Shown here piece by piece: positions 24,108 through 32,099 of a stretch of DNA of 64,000 nucleotides. Under the pieces are notes generated by a model. It ran no database searches. It saw nothing but the letters and a program-made list of their open reading frames with translations, and was not told where the DNA came from. The stretch spans positions 10,174 to 74,173 of the forward strand of contig CAZETS010000005.1 of assembly GCA_964515335.1 (NCBI GenBank), written 5' to 3'. The DNA comes from an uncultured Spirochaetaceae bacterium. GTDB lineage: Bacteria; Myxococcota_A; UBA9160; UBA4427. Position 1 is the stretch's first letter. Each line of letters starts with the position of its first letter. Made by a program: the position numbers and the translations under genes.

Positions 24108-25725
24108 GATCCTGCTTGATCATCACGTTGACGAGGGCCGGCTTGCCCGAAGCGGCGGCCCGCTCGAGGGCCGGCCGCAGCTCGTCGGGCTGCTCGACCA
24201 GCTCGCCGTGCCCGCCGAGCGCCTCGACGACCTTGTCGTAACGGGTCCGGTTGAGCAGCGTGCCGTCGAGCCGGTCCCAGCCCATCATGGCGCCCTGCGG
24301 GCGCATCATCTGCCCCCAGGCGCCGTCGTTGCCCACGATGCCGATGATCGGCAGGCCGAAGCGCACGGCGGTGTCGAACTCGAATCCGTTCAGCCCGAAG
24401 GAGCCGTCGCCGAAGACGATCACCACCCGCTTCTCGGGATGCGCGAGCTGAGCGGCCAGCGCGAACGGCGCACCCACGCCGAGGGTGCCGAGCGGACCCG
24501 GGTCCATCCAGGCCCCCTCGCCCTTCACGGGAATGATCTTCGCTGCGGTCGCCACGATGTCGCCACCGTCGCCGACCACGATCGGGGCGTCCAGTGTGTC
24601 CAGCCAGTCACGCACCTCGCGGCACATGCGCTGCGAGTCGATCGGCACCTCGTCGCTGTTCAGGTTGGCCTGGACCTTCGCTTCGGCGGCGTCCTCGATG
24701 ACGCGCAGCTCGTCGCGCCAGCCCGAGTAGTCGAGCTTGACGCCCTGGTTCTTCATCTCCTCGAGCAGCAGATCGAAGCTGCAGCCGAGGTTGCCGACCA
24801 GCGGCACGTCGGTCCCGCGGTTCTGGCCGATCAGCGTCGCGTCCATCTCGAGCTGGATGATCTTGGCGCCGGCGGGGATCGTCTGGCCGAAGCGCATCCG
24901 GAAGTCGAGCAGCGTGCCCGCGAGCAGGATGCAGTCGATCTGCTGCATGGCGTCGCGCCGCGAGCGGTTCAGGAACTCGGGCGAGTCGTACGGCACCGTG
25001 CCACGACCCATGCCGTTGGTGTAGGTCGGGATGTGGGTCTCGCTGATGAAGCGGTTCATCGCCTCGCTGCCGCGCGACCACTTGACGCTGGTGCCGGCCA
25101 TCAGCATCGGGCGCTCGGCCGCCGCCAGGGCCTCGATCGCATTCCGAACCTCGTCGCGATCCGGCGACAGGCGCGGCGGCTCGGTGCGGATGCGCGGGAC
25201 CGTGACGTCCTCCCACTCGCACTGGCCGTTCCAGGTGTCCATCGGGATCTCGAGGTACGCCGGGCCGGGAATGCCCGACACGGCGTGCCGGATCGCGAGC
25301 TCGACGAACTCCGGGATGCGGTCGGTCGTGTAGACGGCATCGCAGTACTTCGTGATCGGCCGGACCACGCCGAGGTGGTCCATCTCCTGCAGCGATCCCT
25401 TGCGGAGCTGGCTGAAGGGCCCCTGGCCGCCGAATACGAGGATCGGCGAGTTGGCCCGCCACGCGTTCGCGATGCCGGTGACGCCGTCGGTCACGCCGGG
25501 GCCCGCCGTGATGGCCGCCACCCCGATGCTGCCGGGATTGCAACGCGCCCAGGCGTCGGCGGCGTGGACCGCGGCCTGCTCGTGACGCACGTCGATGATC
25601 CGGATGCCCTCGTCGAGACAACCGTCGTAGAGCGGCATGATGTGGCCGCCGGAGAGCGTGAACAGCACCTCGACGCCGGCGTTCTTCAGGGCGCGGGCCG
25701 CGAGCTTGCCACCGTGCACGGGCAT
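24079..25725 (-). CDS. Thiamine-diphosphate-dependent enzyme (acetolactate synthase / oxalyl-CoA decarboxylase-like family)
   Basis: RHEQAAVHAADAWAR...ITAGPGVTDGVTGIANA (N-terminal Pyr domain) and GTLGVGAPFALAAQLA...FGDGSFGLNGFEFDT (TPP-binding GDGx motif). Confidence 0.85.
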   Translation of the reverse strand: MPVHGGKLAARALKNAGVEVLFTLSGGHIMPLYDGCLDEGIRIIDVRHEQAAVHAADAWARCNPGSIGVAAITAGPGVTDGVTGIANAWRANSPILVFGGQGPFSQLRKGSLQEMDHLGVVRPITKYCDAVYTTDRIPEFVELAIRHAVSGIPGPAYLEIPMDTWNGQCEWEDVTVPRIRTEPPRLSPDRDEVRNAIEALAAAERPMLMAGTSVKWSRGSEAMNRFISETHIPTYTNGMGRGTVPYDSPEFLNRSRRDAMQQIDCILLAGTLLDFRMRFGQTIPAGAKIIQLEMDATLIGQNRGTDVPLVGNLGCSFDLLLEEMKNQGVKLDYSGWRDELRVIEDAAEAKVQANLNSDEVPIDSQRMCREVRDWLDTLDAPIVVGDGGDIVATAAKIIPVKGEGAWMDPGPLGTLGVGAPFALAAQLAHPEKRVVIVFGDGSFGLNGFEFDTAVRFGLPIIGIVGNDGAWGQMMRPQGAMMGWDRLDGTLLNRTRYDKVVEALGGHGELVEQPDELRPALERAAASGKPALVNVMIKQDRDFKGGIYV

Positions 25726-25804
25726 GGGGGACTCCTATCGATCGAAGGGAGGGGGGGATGAGGACGAGAGGCGAAGAAGCACGATATCACCGCCCAGGAC
25801 CGAG

Positions 25805-25831
25805 CCGCCAACTGCCCTCCGCCAACTGCCC
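25805..25831. promoter_or_regulatory. Tandem 13-bp direct repeat CCGCCAACTGCCC x2 upstream of the TPP-enzyme gene
   Basis: Copies at 25805-25817 and 25819-25831, about 80-106 nt upstream of the ATG at 25725 and just downstream of the pal terminator hairpin. Confidence 0.2.
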
Positions 25832-25846
25832 CCCAAGAAGGACGAA

Positions 25847-25873
25847 GGGCGGAGCCGCCCGGCGGCTCCGCCC
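25847..25873 (-). terminator. Intrinsic-terminator-like hairpin downstream of pal
   Basis: GGGCGGAGCC-gcccggc-GGCTCCGCCC (10-11 bp stem). On the minus strand it is followed by TTCGTCCTTCTT. Confidence 0.5.
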
Positions 25874-25927
25874 TCGAATCCCATCCCGCGCGCCGTCGGG
25901 CGCGTCTGCAGCGATGTCTCGCGGCGT

Positions 25928-26467
25928 CTACTCGGCGGGCTCGAAGTCGGCGCGGCGGTTCAGCTGCCACGCCCTCTCGGTGTTGCCCTGCGCGGCGGGG
26001 CGCACCTCGCCGTAGCTCACGATCGTCATCTGATCCATCGGAACACCGAGATTGGCGAGATAGCGCCGCACCGAGGCCGCGCGCCGCTCCCCGAGGGCCA
26101 GGTTGTACTCCTCGCTGCCCCGGTTGTCGGTGTGGCCCGCGATCACGATCGCGATGCCCGTTTCGTTCAGCGCCCCCGCGCCGCCGCGCAGCTCGTTGAC
26201 CGCATCCGCGCGGATGTCCGACTTGTCGAAGTCGAAGTAGACGGGCTCCATGCCCACCCACTCGACGGTCTCGACGACCAGCGTCGACTCTTCGACGACC
26301 GGAGCCGTCGCGCCCGCATCGCTGAACTCGCTGCCCGTCGAGGGCTCGGCCGGGGCTTCCTCTTCGGTCGACGCACATCCCCCGAGAGCGATCACGAGTG
26401 CCGACGCGACGCACAGCACGAGCCTCGACACGGTGGGTCGAGAGAGAAGGAGGGCTTGTCGCTTCAT
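25928..26467 (-). CDS. pal: Peptidoglycan-associated lipoprotein (OmpA-C family)
   Basis: Signal peptide with lipobox (VIALGGC), then VYFDFDKSDIRADA...IAGHTDNRGSEEYNLALGERRAASVRRYL...NRRADF. Confidence 0.85.
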   Translation of the reverse strand: MKRQALLLSRPTVSRLVLCVASALVIALGGCASTEEEAPAEPSTGSEFSDAGATAPVVEESTLVVETVEWVGMEPVYFDFDKSDIRADAVNELRGGAGALNETGIAIVIAGHTDNRGSEEYNLALGERRAASVRRYLANLGVPMDQMTIVSYGEVRPAAQGNTERAWQLNRRADFEPAE

Positions 26468-26743
26468 GGGTGTTGGATTCCTTTTGATGGCGGGTCTCGT
26501 GATGGAGGGCCCCGATGCCGCGCCGCCCGGCGGCGGCGCGGCGAGAAGATGGAGATTCCTGCGGGATGTCGCAAGCGCGAGAGCCTGTGCGACGGCCGCA
26601 AGCGCGCTTTGGCCGGCGTTTCCGTCAGGCGACACCCGCCGTGGGCCCCGACGCCACAGCGGCGACGACGACCAGGCCGATCGATATTCGACCGATGCCC
26701 CGCAACACGATGTGACGAGCGACACCGCCGCGACTTCCCCACA

Positions 26744-28093
26744 ATGCCGGCCTTCATCGGTTTGCCCGGAGAGGAAGCGTTGGCGAGCACGCCTCCCGAC
26801 ACAGATAGCGCCGTCGCGCCGCCGCTCGACGCGACCGAGCGCCGCCGCGGTCGCCGGCTCGCGATCTCGAGCCATCCGCTCGGCATGACGTTCGGACTGG
26901 TATTCACCCAGCACCTACCGACCCTCGCGCTGGTGTCGCTCGGCGCCAGCGAGACGGTCGTGGGGCTGCAGAGCGCCTTCGGGGCCGCGGACCTGCTGCG
27001 GCTGCCCACCCTGCGCGCCGTCTCGGTCTTCGCCAAGCGCACGATCCTGGTCGGCGGGCAGGTGGCCGCTCTTGTCGCGGCCACGCCCATGCTGGCCTTT
27101 CCCCTGCTGCTCGACGAGGCCCGCGCGGGCAGTGATCGCGCGGTGGGGATCGCGTTGCTGAGCCTGATGACCGTCGTCGCCTGGATGCGCATCTCCGAGA
27201 CGGTCTGGTTTCCGCTGCTGCGCAGCTACGTGGAGCCCGACCGCATCGGCCGCTTCTTCGGAACGCTCCGCTCGGGCTGGCACCTCGCCCTCATCGTCTA
27301 CTACCTGGGGGCCAGCTTCTGGCTGGCCCGACACCCGGACGGGTTCGGTCCGCTCTTCGCGGTCGCCTGGGGGTTCGGGCTGCTTCGCATCCTGCTGATC
27401 CGCAGGCTGCCGGAGCGCAGCGAGCAAACCGGCGAGCGCATCCGCGCCCGGGAGGCGATGGCTTTGATCGTTCACGAGCGACCGCTGCGCCGCTACCTGG
27501 TGGGCGCGAGCATCACCGCCGCCGTACGGGGGAGCGTCGTGCCCTTCGTGCTGGTGATGATGCGCCGCGAGATCGGCTTCGCGGACGGCGAAGTGCTCTA
27601 CACCACCGTCGCCTTCTTCGCGGGCGGGCTGGCTTCGCTCTATCTGTGGGGCCGCACGGTCGACCGCGTGGGCCCCGCGCCCGTCTTCCGCCTGACGTCT
27701 CTCGCCGGCGGCGCCCTGATCGCTTCGCTCGTGCTCGTCGAGCAGGCGAGCGCCGGAGCGCTCGTCGGACTCGTCGGCTTCTTCTTCGCCTTCGCGGTGC
27801 TGAACTCCGGCTTCGGAGTGGCCGACACACAGGTGCTCTTCGGTCTCGCGCCGCCCGAGGCGCCGGCGCGCACGTTGGTGATCGCCCTGACGGTGTCGGC
27901 GGTGCTCGGCAGCCTGGCGCCTCTGGTCGTGGGGAGCGCGCTCGACGCCTTCCTCGACGGCCGGGAGAGCGAGCGGCTGCTGGTCTACCATGGGTTCTTC
28001 GCGATCGCGGCGGCCGTTCAGGCGCTGGCCTTCCTGCCGCTTCGCGGCTTCCGGCGCGAGGTCGGCGGCGACCGCGCGAGGGATCGGGCGTGA
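26744..28093 (+). CDS. MFS transporter (substrate unknown)
   Basis: About 12 hydrophobic segments, with loop motifs such as VEPDRIGRFFGTLRSGW. Start chosen at MPAFIGL. The track ORF (from 25637) is an over-extension antisense to pal. Confidence 0.65.
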   Translation: MPAFIGLPGEEALASTPPDTDSAVAPPLDATERRRGRRLAISSHPLGMTFGLVFTQHLPTLALVSLGASETVVGLQSAFGAADLLRLPTLRAVSVFAKRTILVGGQVAALVAATPMLAFPLLLDEARAGSDRAVGIALLSLMTVVAWMRISETVWFPLLRSYVEPDRIGRFFGTLRSGWHLALIVYYLGASFWLARHPDGFGPLFAVAWGFGLLRILLIRRLPERSEQTGERIRAREAMALIVHERPLRRYLVGASITAAVRGSVVPFVLVMMRREIGFADGEVLYTTVAFFAGGLASLYLWGRTVDRVGPAPVFRLTSLAGGALIASLVLVEQASAGALVGLVGFFFAFAVLNSGFGVADTQVLFGLAPPEAPARTLVIALTVSAVLGSLAPLVVGSALDAFLDGRESERLLVYHGFFAIAAAVQALAFLPLRGFRREVGGDRARDRA

Positions 28094-28098
28094 ACGCG

Positions 28099-29631
28099 AT
28101 GGGCAGCGGCGGCGGCACTGGAGACGCGGGCGACGTGCACGCCGAGCGGCTCCTGCTGGTGCGCTTCAGCGGCGACATCACCACCAAGGCCGAGGCGACC
28201 CGCCGCCGCTTCCTGCGGCGCATGGTGCGCAACATCAAGGACGCGCTCGCCAGCGAGGACGTCTCGCACCGGGTCACCCGCACCCACGACCGCATCTTCG
28301 TGTCGCTCCCGCGCGCGGGCGCCGAGCGCGGAGCCGCGGCGCTGCAGCGCGTGTTCGGCGTGCAGTCGCTCGCGCCAGTCGAAGAGATCGACTGGGAGAC
28401 CGTCGACGACCTGGTCGCCAGGGGCGAGCCGTTCTTTCGCGAGCTCGTGCGGGGCCGGCGCTTCGCGGTGCGGGCGCGCCGTGTCGGCGACCGCAGCGCT
28501 ATCGCGGCGCGCTCCGGGGACGTCGAGCGCGAGCTCGGCGCCGCGCTGCTGCCCGTCTCCGCCGGCGTCTCCCTCGACGAGCCCGAGGTGACGGCTTCGC
28601 TCGAGCTGATGCCGGACCGCGCCTACCTGTTCGAGCGGAGTCTGCCCGGCGCAACCGGCCTGCCGCTCGGCGTCGAGTCGCGCGCCGTTGCGCTGATCTC
28701 GGGCGGCTTCGATTCACCGGTGGCGGCCTGGATGATGATGAAGCGCGGCATCGCGCTCGACTACGTGCTGTGCAACCTCGGCGGAGCAGAGCAGCAGCTC
28801 GAGACGCTCGCCGTCGCCAAGCGGCTCGCCGAGCGCTGGGCGTACGGAACGCGCCCGCATCTGCACGTGGTCGACTTCGACGACGTCACCCGCGAGCTGC
28901 AGACCCACGTCGCGACGCGCTTCTGGCAGATCGTGCTGAAGCGCTGCATGATGCGCGCCGCCGAGATGGTCGCCGCCGAGCGGGACGCGCAGGCGATCGT
29001 GACCGGCGAGGTGGTCGCGCAGGTCTCCTCGCAGACGCTCCCCAACCTCGCGGTCATCTCCGCCGCCACGCCGCTCCCCATCCTGCGCCCGCTGCTCGGT
29101 TTCAACAAGCAGGAGATCATCGAGCTCGCCCGGCACATCGGCACCCACGACCTGTCGGCGCGGGTCGCCGAGTACTGTGCGCTGGTGCCCAGCAAGCCGG
29201 CGACACGCTCGACCGTGGCGCAGATCGAGGCCGAGGAGACCGATCTCGATCCGGCCATCCTCGAGCGGGCGGTCACCGAGCGCAGCGTCTTCGATCTGCG
29301 CACCCTCGACCTCACGAGCCTCGAGCGCCCCGAGATCCGCATCGACCACGTTCCCGACGACGCAATCGTCCTCGACCTGCGCTCGAAGGCCGCCTACCAG
29401 GGCTGGCACTACCCGGGCGCGCTCTTCCTCGACTTCGCGAACGCGCTGCGCGTCTACGCACAGCTCGATCGCAACGAACGCTACGTGCTCTACTGCGAGT
29501 TCGGGCTGAAGAGCGCGCATCTCGCCGAGCTGATGCGGCGCGAGGGCCTTTCAGCGAGCCACTTCGACGGGGGCCTCAAGGCGCTGATCGCCTTCGCGCA
29601 GGCGAAGGGCATCGCTACGCCCGAGCGCTGA
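28099..29631 (+). CDS. thiI: tRNA 4-thiouridine(8) synthase ThiI with C-terminal rhodanese domain
   Basis: A THUMP-like N-terminus, the PP-loop VALISGGFDSPVAAWMMMKRG, then TGEVVAQVSSQT and a C-terminal rhodanese region (YVLYCEFGLKSAHLAE). A GTG at 28090 overlapping the MFS stop is an alternative start. Confidence 0.85.
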   Translation: MGSGGGTGDAGDVHAERLLLVRFSGDITTKAEATRRRFLRRMVRNIKDALASEDVSHRVTRTHDRIFVSLPRAGAERGAAALQRVFGVQSLAPVEEIDWETVDDLVARGEPFFRELVRGRRFAVRARRVGDRSAIAARSGDVERELGAALLPVSAGVSLDEPEVTASLELMPDRAYLFERSLPGATGLPLGVESRAVALISGGFDSPVAAWMMMKRGIALDYVLCNLGGAEQQLETLAVAKRLAERWAYGTRPHLHVVDFDDVTRELQTHVATRFWQIVLKRCMMRAAEMVAAERDAQAIVTGEVVAQVSSQTLPNLAVISAATPLPILRPLLGFNKQEIIELARHIGTHDLSARVAEYCALVPSKPATRSTVAQIEAEETDLDPAILERAVTERSVFDLRTLDLTSLERPEIRIDHVPDDAIVLDLRSKAAYQGWHYPGALFLDFANALRVYAQLDRNERYVLYCEFGLKSAHLAELMRREGLSASHFDGGLKALIAFAQAKGIATPER

Positions 29632-29685
29632 CGCGGGGCGATTGCGGGGCGGCCGCCGGGCCGAGCGGCGAGGGCGTTCGGGCGA

Positions 29686-30441
29686 CTACTCGTCCGCGCC
29701 TTCAGGCGCGGGGGTGCCGGGGGCGCCGAGGGCCTCGTCGAGGAGGCGTTGGCGTTCCTCGACCTGCATCTCGCGCAGGACGCGCAGGCGACGGCGCATC
29801 TCCTTTCGCTCGGACTCGCTCATCTGCTGCCAGCGCAGCTTGTTCTGCTCGATCCGAAGGCGATCCTCGTCCGAGAGCTCGAGCAGGTCGTGGAGGCTTT
29901 CGCGCAGCGCCGCCTGGGCGTCGTCGTCGAGATCGCGATAGGCGCGCAGGCTCTCGCGAAGCGCGCGGCGCTCGTCGAGCGACAGATCGCGCAGCTTCTC
30001 GCGCACGGCGCGGCGCTCGGCCGGGCTCAGGTCCTGGAGCCGACCGCGCAGCGCCCGGCGCTCGGCGTCGGGCAGGTTCTCGAGCTGGCGACGGCGCTCG
30101 GCGGCACGCACGCGACGGCGCGCATCGCGGCGGTCGCGAAAGGAGAGGTCGTCCGACAGCCGGCGGCGCATCGAGCGATACTCGGCCCGCATGGCGGCGC
30201 GCTCGCTCGGACCCGCCTCGCGCCACTTCTCCCGCAGCTGCTCGCGCACCTGCTCGCGCAACGCCCGGCGCTCGGCGGTGGACAGCTCGCGCCACTCCTG
30301 GCGGTCGGCGAGGCGCTGCTCGCGCACCTGATCACGCACCGCGCGGCGCGCGTCGCGGACGCTCGCGTCGACCGTCACGTCCGAGGCCGTAGCGGCGGAC
30401 GCGGCCACCATCATCAGACAAGAAAAGACGAGAAAACGCAT
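29686..30441 (-). CDS. Secreted repeat protein, DUF3106-like (six or more L-S/P-x-x-ERRALR-x-x-L repeats)
   Basis: Signal peptide MRFLVFSCLMMVAASAATA, then repeats LSTAERRALREQV / LPDAERRALRGRL / LSPAERRAVREKL / LSLDERRALRESL. The ATG overlaps the anti-sigma stop (TGATG). Confidence 0.6.
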   Translation of the reverse strand: MRFLVFSCLMMVAASAATASDVTVDASVRDARRAVRDQVREQRLADRQEWRELSTAERRALREQVREQLREKWREAGPSERAAMRAEYRSMRRRLSDDLSFRDRRDARRRVRAAERRRQLENLPDAERRALRGRLQDLSPAERRAVREKLRDLSLDERRALRESLRAYRDLDDDAQAALRESLHDLLELSDEDRLRIEQNKLRWQQMSESERKEMRRRLRVLREMQVEERQRLLDEALGAPGTPAPEGADE

Positions 30442-31262
30442 CAGAGCGCCTCCGGACCGTCGAGCCCGCCGAGCAGCTCGAGCAGCTCGAGGTTTCCGAT
30501 CACGTCGAGATCGCTGAGCACCTCGTACTCGAGCGCCACCGCGAGCTCGACGTCACTCACCGCGGCGAGCAGCGGGTCGTCGGAGGCGAGCGGGGACGCG
30601 TCTTTCACGGGCGCTTCCGCCCGGGCCAGCTGCTGTGCGGGCGGGGGGGCCGGGACGGTCGCGGGGAGCGGCTCCTCGACGGCGACCGGTGGCGCATCAG
30701 CCCGGGCGATCCGGTCGGCGCTCGGCGGGCGCGGCGCCGGCGCTGCCTGCGCGTCGGGGACGGGCGCCGGCTCGACGCGCTCGCTGACGGCGACCGGCGT
30801 CAGCGGATCGCCGTCAGCCGACGGCGCGGGATCGGTGTGCGCGATCGACGGCGCATCGGCGGGCCCGGGACCCGGTCGGGGCCCGGTGAGCAGGTAGAGG
30901 GCGAGGCCAGCGGCCAGCGCCATGCCGACCGGCGCGCGCCAGCGCCCGCGCAGCACCACGACCCGCGCGCGCCCCGGGTCGACGGCGGGCTGCGCGTCGA
31001 GCTTCGCGCGCAGGTCGGCGTGCAGCCGCGACAGCCGGTCCGGGGCCGGCAGCTCGCCGCCGAGCAGGCGCAGCTGCCCGTCGATCTCGCCGAGGCGCTC
31101 GAAGCGGGCGGCCAGCTCGGGCTCGCGAGCGAGCCGGGCACGCAGCGCGTCCGCGGCGCCGGCCTCGAGTTCGTCGTCGAGCAGCGCGGAGAGCGCCTCG
31201 TCGAGCGCTGCCTCCGGGGCGCTTTCGTCCATGGGAGGGGAGCGATCGTCGTCACGCGTCAT
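30441..31262 (-). CDS. Anti-sigma factor (RseA-N-like) with a single TM helix
   Basis: LSALLDDELEAGAADALRARLAREPELAARFERL (RseA-type N-terminus), TM helix VGMALAAGLALYLL, and a Pro/Ala-rich periplasmic tail. The ATG at 31262 is preceded by GGGAGAAGG. Confidence 0.65.
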   Translation of the reverse strand: MTRDDDRSPPMDESAPEAALDEALSALLDDELEAGAADALRARLAREPELAARFERLGEIDGQLRLLGGELPAPDRLSRLHADLRAKLDAQPAVDPGRARVVVLRGRWRAPVGMALAAGLALYLLTGPRPGPGPADAPSIAHTDPAPSADGDPLTPVAVSERVEPAPVPDAQAAPAPRPPSADRIARADAPPVAVEEPLPATVPAPPPAQQLARAEAPVKDASPLASDDPLLAAVSDVELAVALEYEVLSDLDVIGNLELLELLGGLDGPEAL

Positions 31263-31298
31263 GACCTTCTCCCGTTCGTTCCGTCTCACCGGTTCGTT

Positions 31299-31358
31299 TC
31301 ATGCTTCTCTTCATGCTTCTTTTCATGCTTCTTTTCATGCTTCTTTTCATGCTTCTCT
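31299..31358. repeat. Perfect-phase tandem repeat, 12 bp x 5 (TCATGCTTCT[C/T]T), 33% GC, flanked on both sides by CGGTTCG
   Basis: Read directly from the sequence: units start at 31299, 31311, 31323, 31335 and 31347. The flanking CGGTTCG copies are at 31290-31296 and 31359-31365. Confidence 0.95.
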
Positions 31359-31402
31359 CGGTTCGACCCGTCGTCGCAAGGGTTCCGCTTCGATCTCTGC
31401 CG

Positions 31403-32002
31403 TCAGCCCGCGGACTCGTGGGCCACCGCCCGCAGCGGCCTCGCCTCGAGGCCGCCGTCCAGCGCATCCACCCTCGACACCAGTGCACTGCGTCCACGAT
31501 GCACCAATGCCTTGACGGACTTCTCGGTCGTCTCGAGGATCGCCGCCACCTCGGCGTACGAGTGTCCTTCCGCGGCCGACAGCCAGAGCGCCATGCGTTG
31601 TCGCTCCGGCAGGCCGTCGAGCAAGCGCTCGACGGTGGCACGACGACGGCGCGACTCGACCAGGCCGTCCACGCGCGGCCGGGCATCGGCGATCACCCGC
31701 TCGTCGGCCTCCTGGTGGCGATGGCGTCGGCGCGGCCGCTTCAGCTCGTTGAGGGCCAGGTTGGTGGCGATGCGATAGAGAAAGGTCGAGAAGCGGGCGC
31801 GCGGCTCGTAGCGCTCGCGCGCACCGTGGAGCCGCAGGAACGCGTCCTGGAGCAGCTCTTCTGCGGTTCCCGTATCGCCCACCATTCGCTCCAGATACCG
31901 CAGGAGCGGACCCGCCCAGCGGTGATAGAGCCCGTCGAACGCGGAGTCGTCGCCCGCCTGGAAGGCAAGCATCAATGCGACGTCCGGGTCCGAGTCCTGC
32001 AC
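31403..32002 (-). CDS. ECF (group IV) sigma-70 factor
   Basis: Region 2: LMLAFQAGDDSAFDGLYHRWAGPLLRYL...AEELLQDAFLRL...FSTFLYRIATNLALN. Region 4: LPERQRMALWLSAAEGHSYAEVAAILETTEKSVKALVHRGR. GTG start at 32002 with GGAGG 5 nt upstream. Confidence 0.85.
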   Translation of the reverse strand: MQDSDPDVALMLAFQAGDDSAFDGLYHRWAGPLLRYLERMVGDTGTAEELLQDAFLRLHGARERYEPRARFSTFLYRIATNLALNELKRPRRRHRHQEADERVIADARPRVDGLVESRRRRATVERLLDGLPERQRMALWLSAAEGHSYAEVAAILETTEKSVKALVHRGRSALVSRVDALDGGLEARPLRAVAHESAG

Positions 32003-32099
32003 GACGACCTCCGCTGCGTCTCCAACCCCACACAACCACTTTGGTTGCGCGAACACCAGAGGGCGGCCCCCGTGGGGGATAAAACCTCGTGGGGGCCGC

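Noticed and set aside
31299-31358. The 12-bp tandem repeat read as a CRISPR array or a mobile-element terminus
   Set aside because: The units are contiguous with no spacers and are far shorter than CRISPR repeats. No cas, transposase or integrase gene is nearby. The 7-bp CGGTTCG flanks are too short to call a target-site duplication.
31252-31686. The 144-aa ORF containing the (MKRS)n segment, read as a full-length gene
   Set aside because: Its first ~110 codons overlap the ECF sigma gene in a different frame and look like GC artefact. Only the last 32 codons, from the first repeat ATG, are considered as a possible mini-ORF, and even that is unproven.
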